Assembly: GCA_043804515.1 (NCBI GenBank) | Contig: JAZDIZ010000044.1 | Coordinates: 1-28,542, forward strand | Source: Pseudomonadota bacterium | Lineage (GTDB): Bacteria > Bdellovibrionota_G > JALEGL01 > DATDPG01 | DNA: 28,542 nucleotides | Direction of reading: 5' to 3' | In this document: positions 1 to 8,933 of the stretch, piece by piece | Numbering within the stretch: position 1 is the stretch's first letter | How the letters are laid out: each line of letters starts with the position of its first letter | The notes under the pieces: model-generated | What the model saw: only the letters and a program-made list of their open reading frames with translations | What the model was told of the DNA's origin: nothing | Databases searched by the model: none | Translations under genes and position numbers: made by a program

Positions 1-37
1 ATCATGGAGCCCCCTCTAATCCGCCTCATTAACAAGG

Positions 38-158
38 GAAACGGCATATTTGCCGCATCTCTGCGTTGGGCACCAGCGCGCAGTCCTCATTTGCCTTTCA
101 AGCCAACTCCGGTCTGTGCTCGGCGCCCGCCTTGATCTGCGCCAAATCTGACCGTTTC
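38..158. repeat. Long imperfect palindromic (REP/MITE-like) intergenic element
   Basis: Nested inverted arms: GAAACGG (38-44) / CCGTTTC (152-158), CATATTTG / CAAATCTG, GGGCACC / GGCGCCC, AGCGCGCAG / CTGTGCT. Non-coding. Only one clear copy in the window. Confidence 0.5.
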
Positions 159-252
159 GTAGTGGCTCGAAGCGTTTCATGAATAATACAGGCTAGGCAT
201 CCGGATTCCGGACTCCGAAAGCCGTGGGCTCGTTTCAGGCACGCGCCGGACC

Positions 253-268
253 TGGCACTTTCTTTGCG
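253..268 (+). promoter_or_regulatory. Sigma54 (RpoN) -24/-12 promoter of the tad operon
   Basis: TGGCAC-TTTCT-TTGCG is an exact match to TGGCAC-N5-TTGC, about 15 bp upstream of the cpaC ATG. Confidence 0.8.
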
Positions 269-282
269 TTCCCGATGGACGG

Positions 283-1689
283 ATGCGTCCGTTTCAAACA
301 GCTTGTTTCTGCCTCATCGCTCTGGTTTTCGCCCCCGCTGAGGCATCACCCCAGCATCGGGAAAACCTGGAAGTGGCCCCCGGCCACCAGACCGTCATAT
401 CCGCTTCGGGCGTCCGGCGCGCCTCCGTCGGGGACCCCGCGGTGGCCGATGCACGGGTTCTTTCCGGAGTCCAGCAAGTGATCGTCACGGGGAAACGGAT
501 CGGCACGACGGACCTTTATCTCTGGTTCAAGGACGGCCGGAAAACCGTCTATGGAATCCAGGTCTCGACAGGGTCCCGTGACCTGAAAGGGGAACTCAGC
601 CGCCTGCTGGGAGGGATGGAGGGCGTGGAGCTGAAGCGGATCGGCTCGCGATGGATTCTGGATGGCCAAGTCTACCGGGGGACCGATCTGGCTCGGATCC
701 AGCGAATCCTCAAGCTCTATCCTCAAGTCCAGGATCTCACGCACATGAACCTCGAAGCACTGAAGTTTCTCGCGGGCGAGATTCAGCGCGTTTTGGAAGA
801 TTCCGGGATCCGATCGATTTTTGTCCGACCCGCCGGAGATCAGTTGTTTCTGGAGGGGACGGCCTCCGGCAAGAGCGAGGCTTCCAGAGCCGAGAAGATT
901 GTGGCTTCCTATTTCCCCAGAATCTCCAATCAGATGACCGTGGGCGCCGATCTGTCACGGCTGATCCTGGTGGATGTGAAACTCACCGAGGTCAAAACCA
1001 GCTCGCTGGGACAAGTGGGCCTGAAATGGCCCGCGCAGGTGGATGCCACGGGTTTGATGACACTGACAGGGGCGGGAACTTCCGGAACGGTGAACGTGGG
1101 CCAAGACGCGGCCATTTCGCTCCAAGCCCTCGTGGAGAGCGGCGCCGCGAAGATCCTCTCCAATCCGAAGCTCCTCTGCAAGAGCGGGACGCCGGCTTCG
1201 TTCCTGGCGGGGGGAGAGATTCCGATCCGCCTCATCGGCGAGAGGACGGCCAGCATCATGTTCAAGGAGTACGGCCTCCAATTGGAGGTGAGCGCGGAGG
1301 CAAACGCCGCGCGGCAAGTGTTCCTTTCTATAGAGGCGCGGATCAGCGACCTGGATCAGGCCCCGGCCGTGGAGGGAATTCCGGGGATCCTGGAGCACAA
1401 GGTCAAGACCGCGGTGAACCTGAGGTTCGGTGACACGGTGGTCCTGGCGGGGCTCATGGAAAACCGCGCCCGGAAGAACGTTCAGAAGGTCCCGTTCCTG
1501 GGGCACATTCCCATTCTGGGGGAACTCTTCAAGAGCCGTGCGTTCCAGAACAGCGAGTCGGAGTTTCTCGTGTTTCTCACGCCGTTGCCCGGGGAGCCGG
1601 GGTATCCCGCGGACTCGCAGGAACTGCGGCGGATGAAGAAGCGCCTCGAAAAGGCGCGGGGCGACCTGGACCTCTCGATTCTGGATTGA
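283..1689 (+). CDS. cpaC: Tad/Flp pilus secretin (CpaC/RcpA) with BON-like domains
   Basis: Signal peptide; N-domain VGDPAVADA..IVTGKRIGTTDL; secretin motifs AKILSNPKL, ASFLAGGEIP, FKEYGLQL, KVPFLGHIPILGELFKS, LVFLTP. Confidence 0.92.
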   Translation: MRPFQTACFCLIALVFAPAEASPQHRENLEVAPGHQTVISASGVRRASVGDPAVADARVLSGVQQVIVTGKRIGTTDLYLWFKDGRKTVYGIQVSTGSRDLKGELSRLLGGMEGVELKRIGSRWILDGQVYRGTDLARIQRILKLYPQVQDLTHMNLEALKFLAGEIQRVLEDSGIRSIFVRPAGDQLFLEGTASGKSEASRAEKIVASYFPRISNQMTVGADLSRLILVDVKLTEVKTSSLGQVGLKWPAQVDATGLMTLTGAGTSGTVNVGQDAAISLQALVESGAAKILSNPKLLCKSGTPASFLAGGEIPIRLIGERTASIMFKEYGLQLEVSAEANAARQVFLSIEARISDLDQAPAVEGIPGILEHKVKTAVNLRFGDTVVLAGLMENRARKNVQKVPFLGHIPILGELFKSRAFQNSESEFLVFLTPLPGEPGYPADSQELRRMKKRLEKARGDLDLSILD

Positions 1690-1691
1690 AG

Positions 1692-2969
1692 ATGGCTTCG
1701 CCGGAAGAAGAGCGCCGACAGTCCGTCAAAGCCCTGGTTCACCGCCAATTGGGGGAGCTGATCGATCTAAGAAGAACAAGCCTGGAACAATTGGACGGCC
1801 CGCGTTTGAGGCTCCGTGTCGAGTCGCTGATCCGGCAATTCCTGGCCGGCATGGCACCGCCCGCGCCCGATCTCGACAACGAGGAATTCCTGACGGAAGT
1901 GATGGATGAGGCTCTCGGCCTGGGCCCCTTGGAGAGATTCCTCCGCGACCCGTCGGTCACGGAGATCATGGTGAACGGCCCCGACGCGATCTATGTCGAA
2001 AGGGACGGCAAGATCAAAGCGAGCGGGCACCGGTTCACGGGCGCCGCGTCCTTGCGAGGAGCCATCGACCGCATCGTCTCACCGTTGGGGCGCCGCGTGG
2101 ACGAGGCCTCCCCGATGGCGGACGCCCGTTTGCCCGACGGCTCCCGCGTGAACGTGATCATCCCGCCCCTGGTTCTGAACGGCGCTACGGTCACCATTCG
2201 GAAGTTTTCCAAGATTCCTCTGTCGGTGGCGAAGCTCATCGAGCTGGGATCGGTGACCCGCCAGGTCGTGGAATTTCTCAAGGAGAGCGTGCAGGCGCGA
2301 AAGAACATCCTGATCGCCGGCGGAACCGGATCGGGAAAGACCACGCTTCTGAACGCTCTCTCCGGTTTCATCCCACCCGACGAGCGGGTCCTCACCATCG
2401 AGGACGCCGCCGAGCTCAGATTGGAACAGACCCACGTGGTTTCCCTGGAAGCCCGGCCCGCCAACGTTGAAGGGAAAGGGGAAATCACGATCCGCGACCT
2501 CGTCCGCAACGCCCTGCGGATGCGCCCCGACCGGATCGTGGTGGGCGAATGCCGGGGCGGCGAGGCGCTGGACATGCTGCAAGCCATGAACACCGGGCAC
2601 GACGGGTCGATGACCACGGTTCACGCCAACTCCCCCCGCGACGCCCTCCTTCGCCTGGAAACGATGGTCCTGATGGCGGGTTTCGATCTCCCCCTTCGGG
2701 CCGTCCGGGAGCAGATGGCCGGCGCGCTTGATCTCATCCTCTATCAAGCCCGCCTCGGAAACGGACAAAGATGCGTAACCCACGTTACGGAGGTTTGTGG
2801 TACCGAGGAGGGCGTGATTGCGACGCAGGATCTTTTCGTGCGGCACCCGGGCAAAGGGACGATCGAGTTCCAAGGGAGGATGCCCCGTTTTCTGGATTCC
2901 TCATCGCAGGATCAGCGTCGGTCATTTCTGGCCGCGCTCGGCGGAAGGACTCAACTCGGTGCTCATTGA
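1692..2969 (+). CDS. cpaF: Tad pilus assembly ATPase CpaF/TadA
   Basis: GLGPLE..DPSVTEIMVNG; Walker A GGTGSGKTT; TIEDAAEL; LRMRPDRIVVGECRG; MNTGHDGSMTTVHAN. Start is ATG 1692 or TTG 1686 (overlapping the cpaC stop). Confidence 0.95.
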   Translation: MASPEEERRQSVKALVHRQLGELIDLRRTSLEQLDGPRLRLRVESLIRQFLAGMAPPAPDLDNEEFLTEVMDEALGLGPLERFLRDPSVTEIMVNGPDAIYVERDGKIKASGHRFTGAASLRGAIDRIVSPLGRRVDEASPMADARLPDGSRVNVIIPPLVLNGATVTIRKFSKIPLSVAKLIELGSVTRQVVEFLKESVQARKNILIAGGTGSGKTTLLNALSGFIPPDERVLTIEDAAELRLEQTHVVSLEARPANVEGKGEITIRDLVRNALRMRPDRIVVGECRGGEALDMLQAMNTGHDGSMTTVHANSPRDALLRLETMVLMAGFDLPLRAVREQMAGALDLILYQARLGNGQRCVTHVTEVCGTEEGVIATQDLFVRHPGKGTIEFQGRMPRFLDSSSQDQRRSFLAALGGRTQLGAH

Positions 2970-3810
2970 AACGGGAATCCTGGCATCGGGGGCCGCCTTT
3001 CTTCTCTTTTGGCGGCGATGGGTTTCGGTCCACCGGGAGCGAATGAAGCGCCTGGAGACCGAGCGGCTCACGAGCGTACGACGGTGGCTTTGGAAAGAGT
3101 TTGTCTTTGTAGAGTTGAGGCATCTGCGCACCGCGGCTCGGGGCGCTATGGGCCTGAGCGCCGCCCTTTCCCTCTTGTGGGTTTCGCCCTGGCCGCTACT
3201 TGTCGGCGTCGGCGCAATCTGGATACTCCCTGAGTTGGGCGCCCGGCAGTTCGCACGCGCAAGACGCAAGAGATTCGATCGGCAGCTCGGAACGGCTCTC
3301 CCCAAAATCGTCTCCGTCCTTCAGGCCGGGCACACGTTCGAGCGCGCCCTGGAATCCTTGAGCCTCACGGAGCCGAATCCTTTGGCGCAGGAACTCGGCC
3401 TGGTGCTCAAAGAACGGCGCCTGGGCGTCGCGTTAGAAACCTCCCTTCAACATTTGCTTGAGCGCTTTCCCGGGAGAGACTTGGAAATGGTGGTGCGGGC
3501 CGTCTCCGTTTCCCAAAAATCTGGATCGAGTCTTTCCGACGCGTTCAACTCGGTCGCCGACCTGATCCTGAAACGGCGGGCTCTCATGGACCGCCTTTCG
3601 TCGGTCACGGCTCAGGGCCGGGCACAGGCCTGGATCGCCATCACCATGCCCATCCTCCTCTTGGCCGCGCTCCGGTTCGTGGACCCCTCATACATCGAGC
3701 CACTCTTCTCGACGGGCTCCGGGCGCGCCGTCCTGATTCTCTGCTCCCTGCTTCTTTCCGCCGGAGGCTTCTGGATCCACAAGATCGCGCACATGGAGCT
3801 GATCCGATGA
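2959..3810 (+). CDS. tadB: Tad inner-membrane platform protein TadB (T2SS F family)
   Basis: GTG 2959 follows GGAAGGA; transmembrane segments; RKRFDRQL..LQAGH..PLAQE..LTAQGR-like motif (VTAQGR); lies after cpaF. Confidence 0.85.
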   Translation: MLIETGILASGAAFLLFWRRWVSVHRERMKRLETERLTSVRRWLWKEFVFVELRHLRTAARGAMGLSAALSLLWVSPWPLLVGVGAIWILPELGARQFARARRKRFDRQLGTALPKIVSVLQAGHTFERALESLSLTEPNPLAQELGLVLKERRLGVALETSLQHLLERFPGRDLEMVVRAVSVSQKSGSSLSDAFNSVADLILKRRALMDRLSSVTAQGRAQAWIAITMPILLLAALRFVDPSYIEPLFSTGSGRAVLILCSLLLSAGGFWIHKIAHMELIR

Positions 3811-4613
3811 ACGATTCGTTGGGAGTTTCATTCCTGTTCGGGGCGGCGCTTTTTCTCGCGTTGCGAATCCGCGAAAAACCGTTCCGGAGGTTTGTTGCGT
3901 CTCTCCGGCGCCTGGGAACCCGGCTGTTCGAACGGAAGGAGGCTGTGCGGATCGAAAGAGCCGCGCGGATGATGGAGCAATCGGGCTGCTCCAAAACGGA
4001 CGCCGGAAAATGGATCACATTCAGAAACGCTCTCTTCGTCTCCGTTCCCGCGTTCATGGCGATCCCGGTGGTTCTGGGCGCTCCGCCCCTCCCCTGCGTT
4101 TGCCTCGGAATTTGCGTGATTCTCCTCCCCGGGTTTCTCCTCAAGCGCGGAATTCGGAAACGGCGCCGGGAAATCCTTTTGGCGCTCCCGTTCTATCTGG
4201 ACCTTCTGACGCTTACGCTCGAAGCGGGCCTGGATTTGGTGGCATCGCTCGACGAGATCGTCCGCAATGATCGTCCGAACGCCCTGGCCGAGGAGATCCG
4301 GATTCTCCTCACGTCAATCCGGCTTGGAAAGACGCGCACGGAAGCGTTTTCGGACTTGGCCCGGCGGACCGGCTTGGAGGCTCTCTCCACGCTCTCGGGA
4401 TGCGTCCGACAATCCGAAGAACTTGGAGCCGGCCTTGGGAAGCTCTTGAGGCTCCAGGCGGAGAGCCTTCGCAGGGATTTGTACCGGGAGGCCGAGGAGA
4501 GGGCTCAAAGAGCGCCCGTGAGGATGCTCTTCCCCCTCATCCTTTGCATTTTTCCGGTCGTGTTCCTTCTCTTGATCGTCCCGATCGCCCTGCGCCTCAC
4601 GCACGCGTTCTAA
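3807..4613 (+). CDS. tadC: Tad inner-membrane platform protein TadC
   Basis: ATGA overlap with tadB; LPFYLDLLTLTLEAGLD, EELGAG, AEERAQRAPVRMLFPLILCIFP. Confidence 0.9.
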   Translation: MNDSLGVSFLFGAALFLALRIREKPFRRFVASLRRLGTRLFERKEAVRIERAARMMEQSGCSKTDAGKWITFRNALFVSVPAFMAIPVVLGAPPLPCVCLGICVILLPGFLLKRGIRKRRREILLALPFYLDLLTLTLEAGLDLVASLDEIVRNDRPNALAEEIRILLTSIRLGKTRTEAFSDLARRTGLEALSTLSGCVRQSEELGAGLGKLLRLQAESLRRDLYREAEERAQRAPVRMLFPLILCIFPVVFLLLIVPIALRLTHAF

Positions 4614-5044
4614 GCCGCGCGCTTCGTGAACAGGTCCTTAACCTCGATCTCAAGGGCTCGGCAGATTTGGACCAATTTCGCCACCGTGGGATTGCTCCGG
4701 CGAGGATCTTCCAAGCGTTGTACCTCGCCCACGGCCACGTTCATTTTCCTGGCAAGGTCCCTCATCGTCTGGCCCCGCCGTTTCCGGTACTGCCTCAAAC
4801 TCAAGGCCACGCCCACGTTCAGGTCCGGCTCGATCCAAACGACATTACGTCCTGCCACTTTCGAGGCCTTCCGAATCGGCTCGTCGTACTCCAACCTCAC
4901 TCCAAGGACTCCGGATAGCGCTTCCTTGGCCATCCGCCTTGCATCCTCGAATGACCGTCCTTCCGTGAGGCAGCCGGGCAAGTCCGGGAACTCGACCCAA
5001 AAGCCGTGCTTCTGCCGATGGAATATGGCCGGATATGCGATCAT
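4610..5044 (-). CDS. hicB: HicB-family antitoxin with C-terminal XRE-type HTH
   Basis: YPAIF..GFWVEFPDLPGCLTEGRSFEDARRMAKEAL (HicB N-domain); C-terminal LRQYRKRRGQTMRDLARKM..VQRLE..NPT HTH; SD GAGGA. Confidence 0.88.
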   Translation of the reverse strand: MIAYPAIFHRQKHGFWVEFPDLPGCLTEGRSFEDARRMAKEALSGVLGVRLEYDEPIRKASKVAGRNVVWIEPDLNVGVALSLRQYRKRRGQTMRDLARKMNVAVGEVQRLEDPRRSNPTVAKLVQICRALEIEVKDLFTKRAA

Positions 5045-5066
5045 TAATATTTCCTCTTCGAACTTG

Positions 5067-5086
5067 ATTATATTTATAAGTATAAT
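5067..5086. promoter_or_regulatory. AT-rich palindrome, probable hicB operator/promoter
   Basis: ATTATATTTATAAGTATAAT, a 20-bp inverted repeat with one mismatched pair, about 22 bp upstream of the hicB start in a GC-rich background. Confidence 0.55.
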
Positions 5087-5194
5087 TTACTCTTCCCCAA
5101 AAGGTCAACCTAGAGCCGCTGAGGCTCCATTGCTGCAATGGATCTGTGACCGAATTTCCGATCCAGTAGACCGAAACTAGGACAACCCCGCTTT

Positions 5195-6151
5195 CTATTG
5201 AGCGGGGACGGGATTCATCGGCTGGGCTTTGTCCCCCACTTTAAGCGGGCGCGCCTGGTCCAGAATCTTGAGCGTGGCCACCCGTTCCGCAACGGACGTC
5301 ACTTCCGCCTTTCCCGCCGGCTCCTCCTCGTAACCGATCACTTCCTTGGAGTCGGGGTCCGTAAGCGGCTTGCCGAGCGAGAACAGGTTGAACCGGTCAC
5401 CCAGTTGCACGTTTTCCTGCGAGCCGGCGTTGAGGTAGAGCTTCGCCCCCGTCACGGAAGCGATCTTCCCCGTCCACGGCACGCTGTCCATGGTCTGAAC
5501 GATCTGGCCGACCGCCAGGTCGATGACTTCCTGGAGGGTTTTCCCGGTTGCACGCGCGGTTCCGACGATCCGGCTGGTCTCCACGTCGTACATCCGAAGC
5601 AACAGAAGGAGCGGTTGCGTCGCTCTCGATTCCGTAAGGTCGTTCAAAGACATGGCCCCCGTGATGATGATCTGGGCGCCCAAAATCTTTCCCAACTTCG
5701 CGCTTTTGTTCTTATCCACCCAGCGCGTGTCTCCGAACGATACTTCGCGCAGAAGCGCGTTGATATCCTTCCGCTCGATCAGGACGAAACGCTGCGTCCG
5801 GGACAAGGCATCCAACAACTTTTCCGTGAACTGCGAAGGGACGAAATTTTCCTCCGGCAGGATCGCCTCCCGGTGGATCTGGATCCCGGGGCCCACGACA
5901 TCCACTTGTTCCTTGTGGCCGAAAGGGCTGTCCTTTACGGGGATGTTGTCGTCAAATCGAGCTACGGCCAGACGTTTTCGGAGCATTTTTTGCGAAACCA
6001 ACGATTGGTCGCTGTAGTCGAACGGCCCCGGCATGGGCGTGGGCGCAACCGAAATCGGCGGCACCGGAGGATAAGGGATCGGCGTCGTGTGGCACGCGGC
6101 GCTCAGCACGGCGGCAGTCAAAGCCACCGCGAAAACAAATCGGATCGACAT
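5195..6151 (-). CDS. CsgG/HfaB-family lipoprotein with FlgT-like C-terminal beta domain
   Basis: Lipobox SAAC; RLAVARFD..RFVLIERKDINALLRE..KLGKILGAQIIITG (CsgG/TolB_N fold); LYLNAGSQENVQLGDRF..DPDSKEVIG..VGD (FlgT_C-like). Confidence 0.75.
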   Translation of the reverse strand: MSIRFVFAVALTAAVLSAACHTTPIPYPPVPPISVAPTPMPGPFDYSDQSLVSQKMLRKRLAVARFDDNIPVKDSPFGHKEQVDVVGPGIQIHREAILPEENFVPSQFTEKLLDALSRTQRFVLIERKDINALLREVSFGDTRWVDKNKSAKLGKILGAQIIITGAMSLNDLTESRATQPLLLLLRMYDVETSRIVGTARATGKTLQEVIDLAVGQIVQTMDSVPWTGKIASVTGAKLYLNAGSQENVQLGDRFNLFSLGKPLTDPDSKEVIGYEEEPAGKAEVTSVAERVATLKILDQARPLKVGDKAQPMNPVPAQ

Positions 6152-6160
6152 GGCTTCCTC

Positions 6161-6556
6161 CTATTTGACGTTCCGGATCAGGATCCGGTAGTCAGTGGCA
6201 CGGGCATCAATGGAGGTTTTGGCGAGCGTCGTCACCTCCCTGCGGCGGAAGAGTTGCGGCTGCCAGCCCGTGTTCTCCAGCTCGAAGCCGTCCTCGCCCT
6301 TAAAGATCACGTTCACATCCGTCGGGACGTCCTTGTTCTCCTCGTTCTCCACGTCTACTTTCACGACCAGCTGCCCGCCGGGCGTCCGGCTAGCGGCTTG
6401 CCTCACGATTTTGAGGTAATACGTCAGGCCGTGGTCCAAAAGAAGGATCTTCTCCTTCTCCTGAGGCGCGTTGACCGAAACCCCGGGCATGTACGGCCTG
6501 CCGCACGCCGAGAGCGAAACCAACAGTGAAAGCACCAAAAGAGATCTCATTCTCAT
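6161..6556 (-). CDS. YcfL/DUF1425-like lipoprotein
   Basis: Lipobox LSAC; F..EDGFEL..GWQP..ATDYRILIR resembles the YcfL motif; same operon as the lpoB-like gene. Confidence 0.65.
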   Translation of the reverse strand: MRMRSLLVLSLLVSLSACGRPYMPGVSVNAPQEKEKILLLDHGLTYYLKIVRQAASRTPGGQLVVKVDVENEENKDVPTDVNVIFKGEDGFELENTGWQPQLFRRREVTTLAKTSIDARATDYRILIRNVK

Positions 6557-6565
6557 GTCAGCCTC

Positions 6566-7735
6566 CTAATACTTACCGGGGCCCTTTGTATAGGCCCCGC
6601 TTCGAAACAAGTAAATCCGATCTTTTCCCTTCTCCACGGCGACATCGCTTAGTGTCTGATCGTACCCGGGGATCGGATTCCCGGATTCATCAAAAAATAC
6701 CAGACGCAAACTGTGCGTTCCCTCGGGAAGCCTTAGGGGAAGGAGTTGGATCAGGTCAGGCAGAAGCTCCCACTGCCGGACATCGGCCTGCGATTGATTG
6801 AGCGCCGTGAAAAGCCCGGCCCCGAGCGCTACCCAGCCGGCATTCTTGACGCCCTGCGCGGCCAGGTCGGCGGCTATCACCGTGGTGACGGCACCCGCCT
6901 CACGCGTGGCTCCCTTCACGACCTGAACCGTGTCCTTGGCCACCTTGCCCTTTGTCTGGGCCTGCTCGGTGAGGTCGCCGGCTCTCGCCGCCCATCCCTC
7001 CCCCTTGTCATCCACGAAGACCTCCACGGACCGTTCCGGATACCGGCTCCTTTCCCACTTGATCAGACTGGCCCCCGGCCCCGTCCTCAACTTCCGGGGC
7101 GCACGGCCCAGTTCGACCAGAATGAGGGCGTTGCTCTTGCGCAATTGCTCCGGTACCAGGTACAAGTTTTTCGATTCGGCCTTTTGCGCTTTTTCCAGCG
7201 AGATCCGGGCGTTGTCCTCATCCTTGAGCTTTAAAAGAACGTACGCCTGCAGGGCATATGCCAGAGCGAAATCCTCCTGGTGCGGGGGTTCCTTCTGCTT
7301 GATGGCCAAAAGCGCTTTCGCAAACGCCGCGCGGGCGTTGTCCAGGTCTCCCTGGTTGAAAAAGATGATGCCGCTGTACACGGAGGCCATCGCCTTTTCG
7401 AACGGTTCGCCCTTGAAGACCTTGAGCGCTTCCGCGCTGATGAGGCTCGCCTGGCCGCGACCTGCGCCCACATCGCTCCACATCATTTTTTGGGCTTCAA
7501 GCGCGGCCTTCTGGGCGGTCTCATAGTCCCCGGCGGCCATAGCAGCGCTTAAAATCGCGAGGTTATAAAGAACGTAGTTCTTATCGTTGGGATTTTGGGC
7601 CTTTGCCTTGAAGACCGCGATCGCTGTCGCATAGTCGTGCCGCTGATAGGCATCCACCCCGGTGACGGGCAGGCGAGTGCTGCATGCCGCCAGAAAAAGG
7701 AGAAGGGCGAGGAGGGCCTTGCCTACCGATCCCAC
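6566..7735 (-). CDS. TPR-containing lipoprotein (COG3014-like)
   Basis: Probable GTG start at 7735; lipobox LAAC; TPR helices; FKGEPFEKAMA and ADVRQWELLP motifs typical of the COG3014 family. Confidence 0.7.
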   Translation of the reverse strand: MGSVGKALLALLLFLAACSTRLPVTGVDAYQRHDYATAIAVFKAKAQNPNDKNYVLYNLAILSAAMAAGDYETAQKAALEAQKMMWSDVGAGRGQASLISAEALKVFKGEPFEKAMASVYSGIIFFNQGDLDNARAAFAKALLAIKQKEPPHQEDFALAYALQAYVLLKLKDEDNARISLEKAQKAESKNLYLVPEQLRKSNALILVELGRAPRKLRTGPGASLIKWERSRYPERSVEVFVDDKGEGWAARAGDLTEQAQTKGKVAKDTVQVVKGATREAGAVTTVIAADLAAQGVKNAGWVALGAGLFTALNQSQADVRQWELLPDLIQLLPLRLPEGTHSLRLVFFDESGNPIPGYDQTLSDVAVEKGKDRIYLFRSGAYTKGPGKY

Positions 7736-8307
7736 GTGGCGGCTTTTCCGATTTTCTTCACTTCGTAATCGTCTTCCCACACGACTGCCGTGGACTCGGC
7801 ATCCGTCAGGCGGAAAGCGTACCGCGTGTAGGTCGAGCGTCTTCCGCCCGATTGTTTGTCGATCGAGGAAAGTTTCCCGGTCAGGAAGAAATCGGCGCCC
7901 AGCTTGGTCCGAAGCCCTGCATGGGTCACATCTCCCGACCTCTTGTTGGCTCGTTCGTTGGCGATCTGTTCGCTCAATTCGCGATCCAGAAAGACCATCC
8001 GGCCCGCCGCATGCTTCAGAAGATTCGTCCGCATCTTCTCAATGAACATGTTCTTGTTGATGATCTCGTTGGTCTCGTTCTTCACGTCCGCGAACGCGAT
8101 CCGCGGGGGGTTTTTCGCATTCTGGATCTGGGGCAGCTGGATCAGCGACGAAGACATCTGCTGAGCCACGGTGAGCAGGTCCTTGCTGCTGGTTTCGGTG
8201 TCCGAAAACGGCTCGTCCGTCGCCACGTCCACACGGCTGGTGCTGGCCACACAGCCGGCCAGGAACGCGGAAAACGACAGAGCGACGAGAATTTTAAAAC
8301 GTCTCAC
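7723..8307 (-). CDS. lpoB: LpoB/YcfM-family lipoprotein (PBP activator-like)
   Basis: GTG after AGGAGG; lipobox LAGC; VKNETNE.I, GADFFLTGKLSSI, FRLTD.ES..VVWED..EVKK. Confidence 0.75.
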   Translation of the reverse strand: MRRFKILVALSFSAFLAGCVASTSRVDVATDEPFSDTETSSKDLLTVAQQMSSSLIQLPQIQNAKNPPRIAFADVKNETNEIINKNMFIEKMRTNLLKHAAGRMVFLDRELSEQIANERANKRSGDVTHAGLRTKLGADFFLTGKLSSIDKQSGGRRSTYTRYAFRLTDAESTAVVWEDDYEVKKIGKAATWDR

Positions 8308-8439
8308 GGTGAACCTCCTAGAAGGGGATGAACCTACCCAACTGATTAGTGGATAATCCGCCCAAAATCAAGATACGCAGGAAAGGCCGCGCAAGCGCTT
8401 CGATGCCTTCGCCCTCCCCCAGCGCTCCCGGAGCCGCAC

Positions 8440-8919
8440 TTACAGCGAAATCAACGTTTCAACGTCATGGAAAAAAGTCGCGACACAGGCGGGATAGGCT
8501 CGTTCCAGAGCGGGCGTCATCCGGTTGGAAAACGTGACGTTGTCATCCACCTCGACGGCCAGGATGTGAATATCCTCGGACCGCGGAACCGCCATCCCCA
8601 GCCGCCGGCCCAGTTCGAGAGCCGTAGCGAAATTCGTATCGTGGACGTTTCTCAAGTGGAGCGTATCCCGCAGGGCCTCCGCCGTGAAATGATACATCGT
8701 CCCGGGAATGGCCCCCTGCGTTTTGATCGAATCGATAATAATCACGCGTTCATAGCCACACACGACATCAAGGAGATTGAGACCTCCCACGCTGCATTCC
8801 TCAATGATCGTCAGATCCCGCGTTCCTTCGAATTTGGCCTTGAGATCGGCGGCCAGGCGCACACCGACGGCATCGTCGGACAAGATAGGGTTTCCCATAC
8901 CGAGGAGCAGTGTCTTCAT
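8440..8919 (-). CDS. [NiFe]-hydrogenase maturation endopeptidase (HyaD/HycI family)
   Basis: True start ATG 8919 (MKTLLLGMGNPILSDDAVG); IIIDS and NVHD motifs; directly downstream of the large subunit. Confidence 0.92.
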   Translation of the reverse strand: MKTLLLGMGNPILSDDAVGVRLAADLKAKFEGTRDLTIIEECSVGGLNLLDVVCGYERVIIIDSIKTQGAIPGTMYHFTAEALRDTLHLRNVHDTNFATALELGRRLGMAVPRSEDIHILAVEVDDNVTFSNRMTPALERAYPACVATFFHDVETLISL

Positions 8920-8933
8920 CGACCGGTCCTGTC

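Noticed and set aside
5093..5104. TTCCCCAAAAGG, also on the minus strand at 28381-28392
   Set aside because: Low-complexity 12-mer about 23 kb away; no transposase or target duplication.
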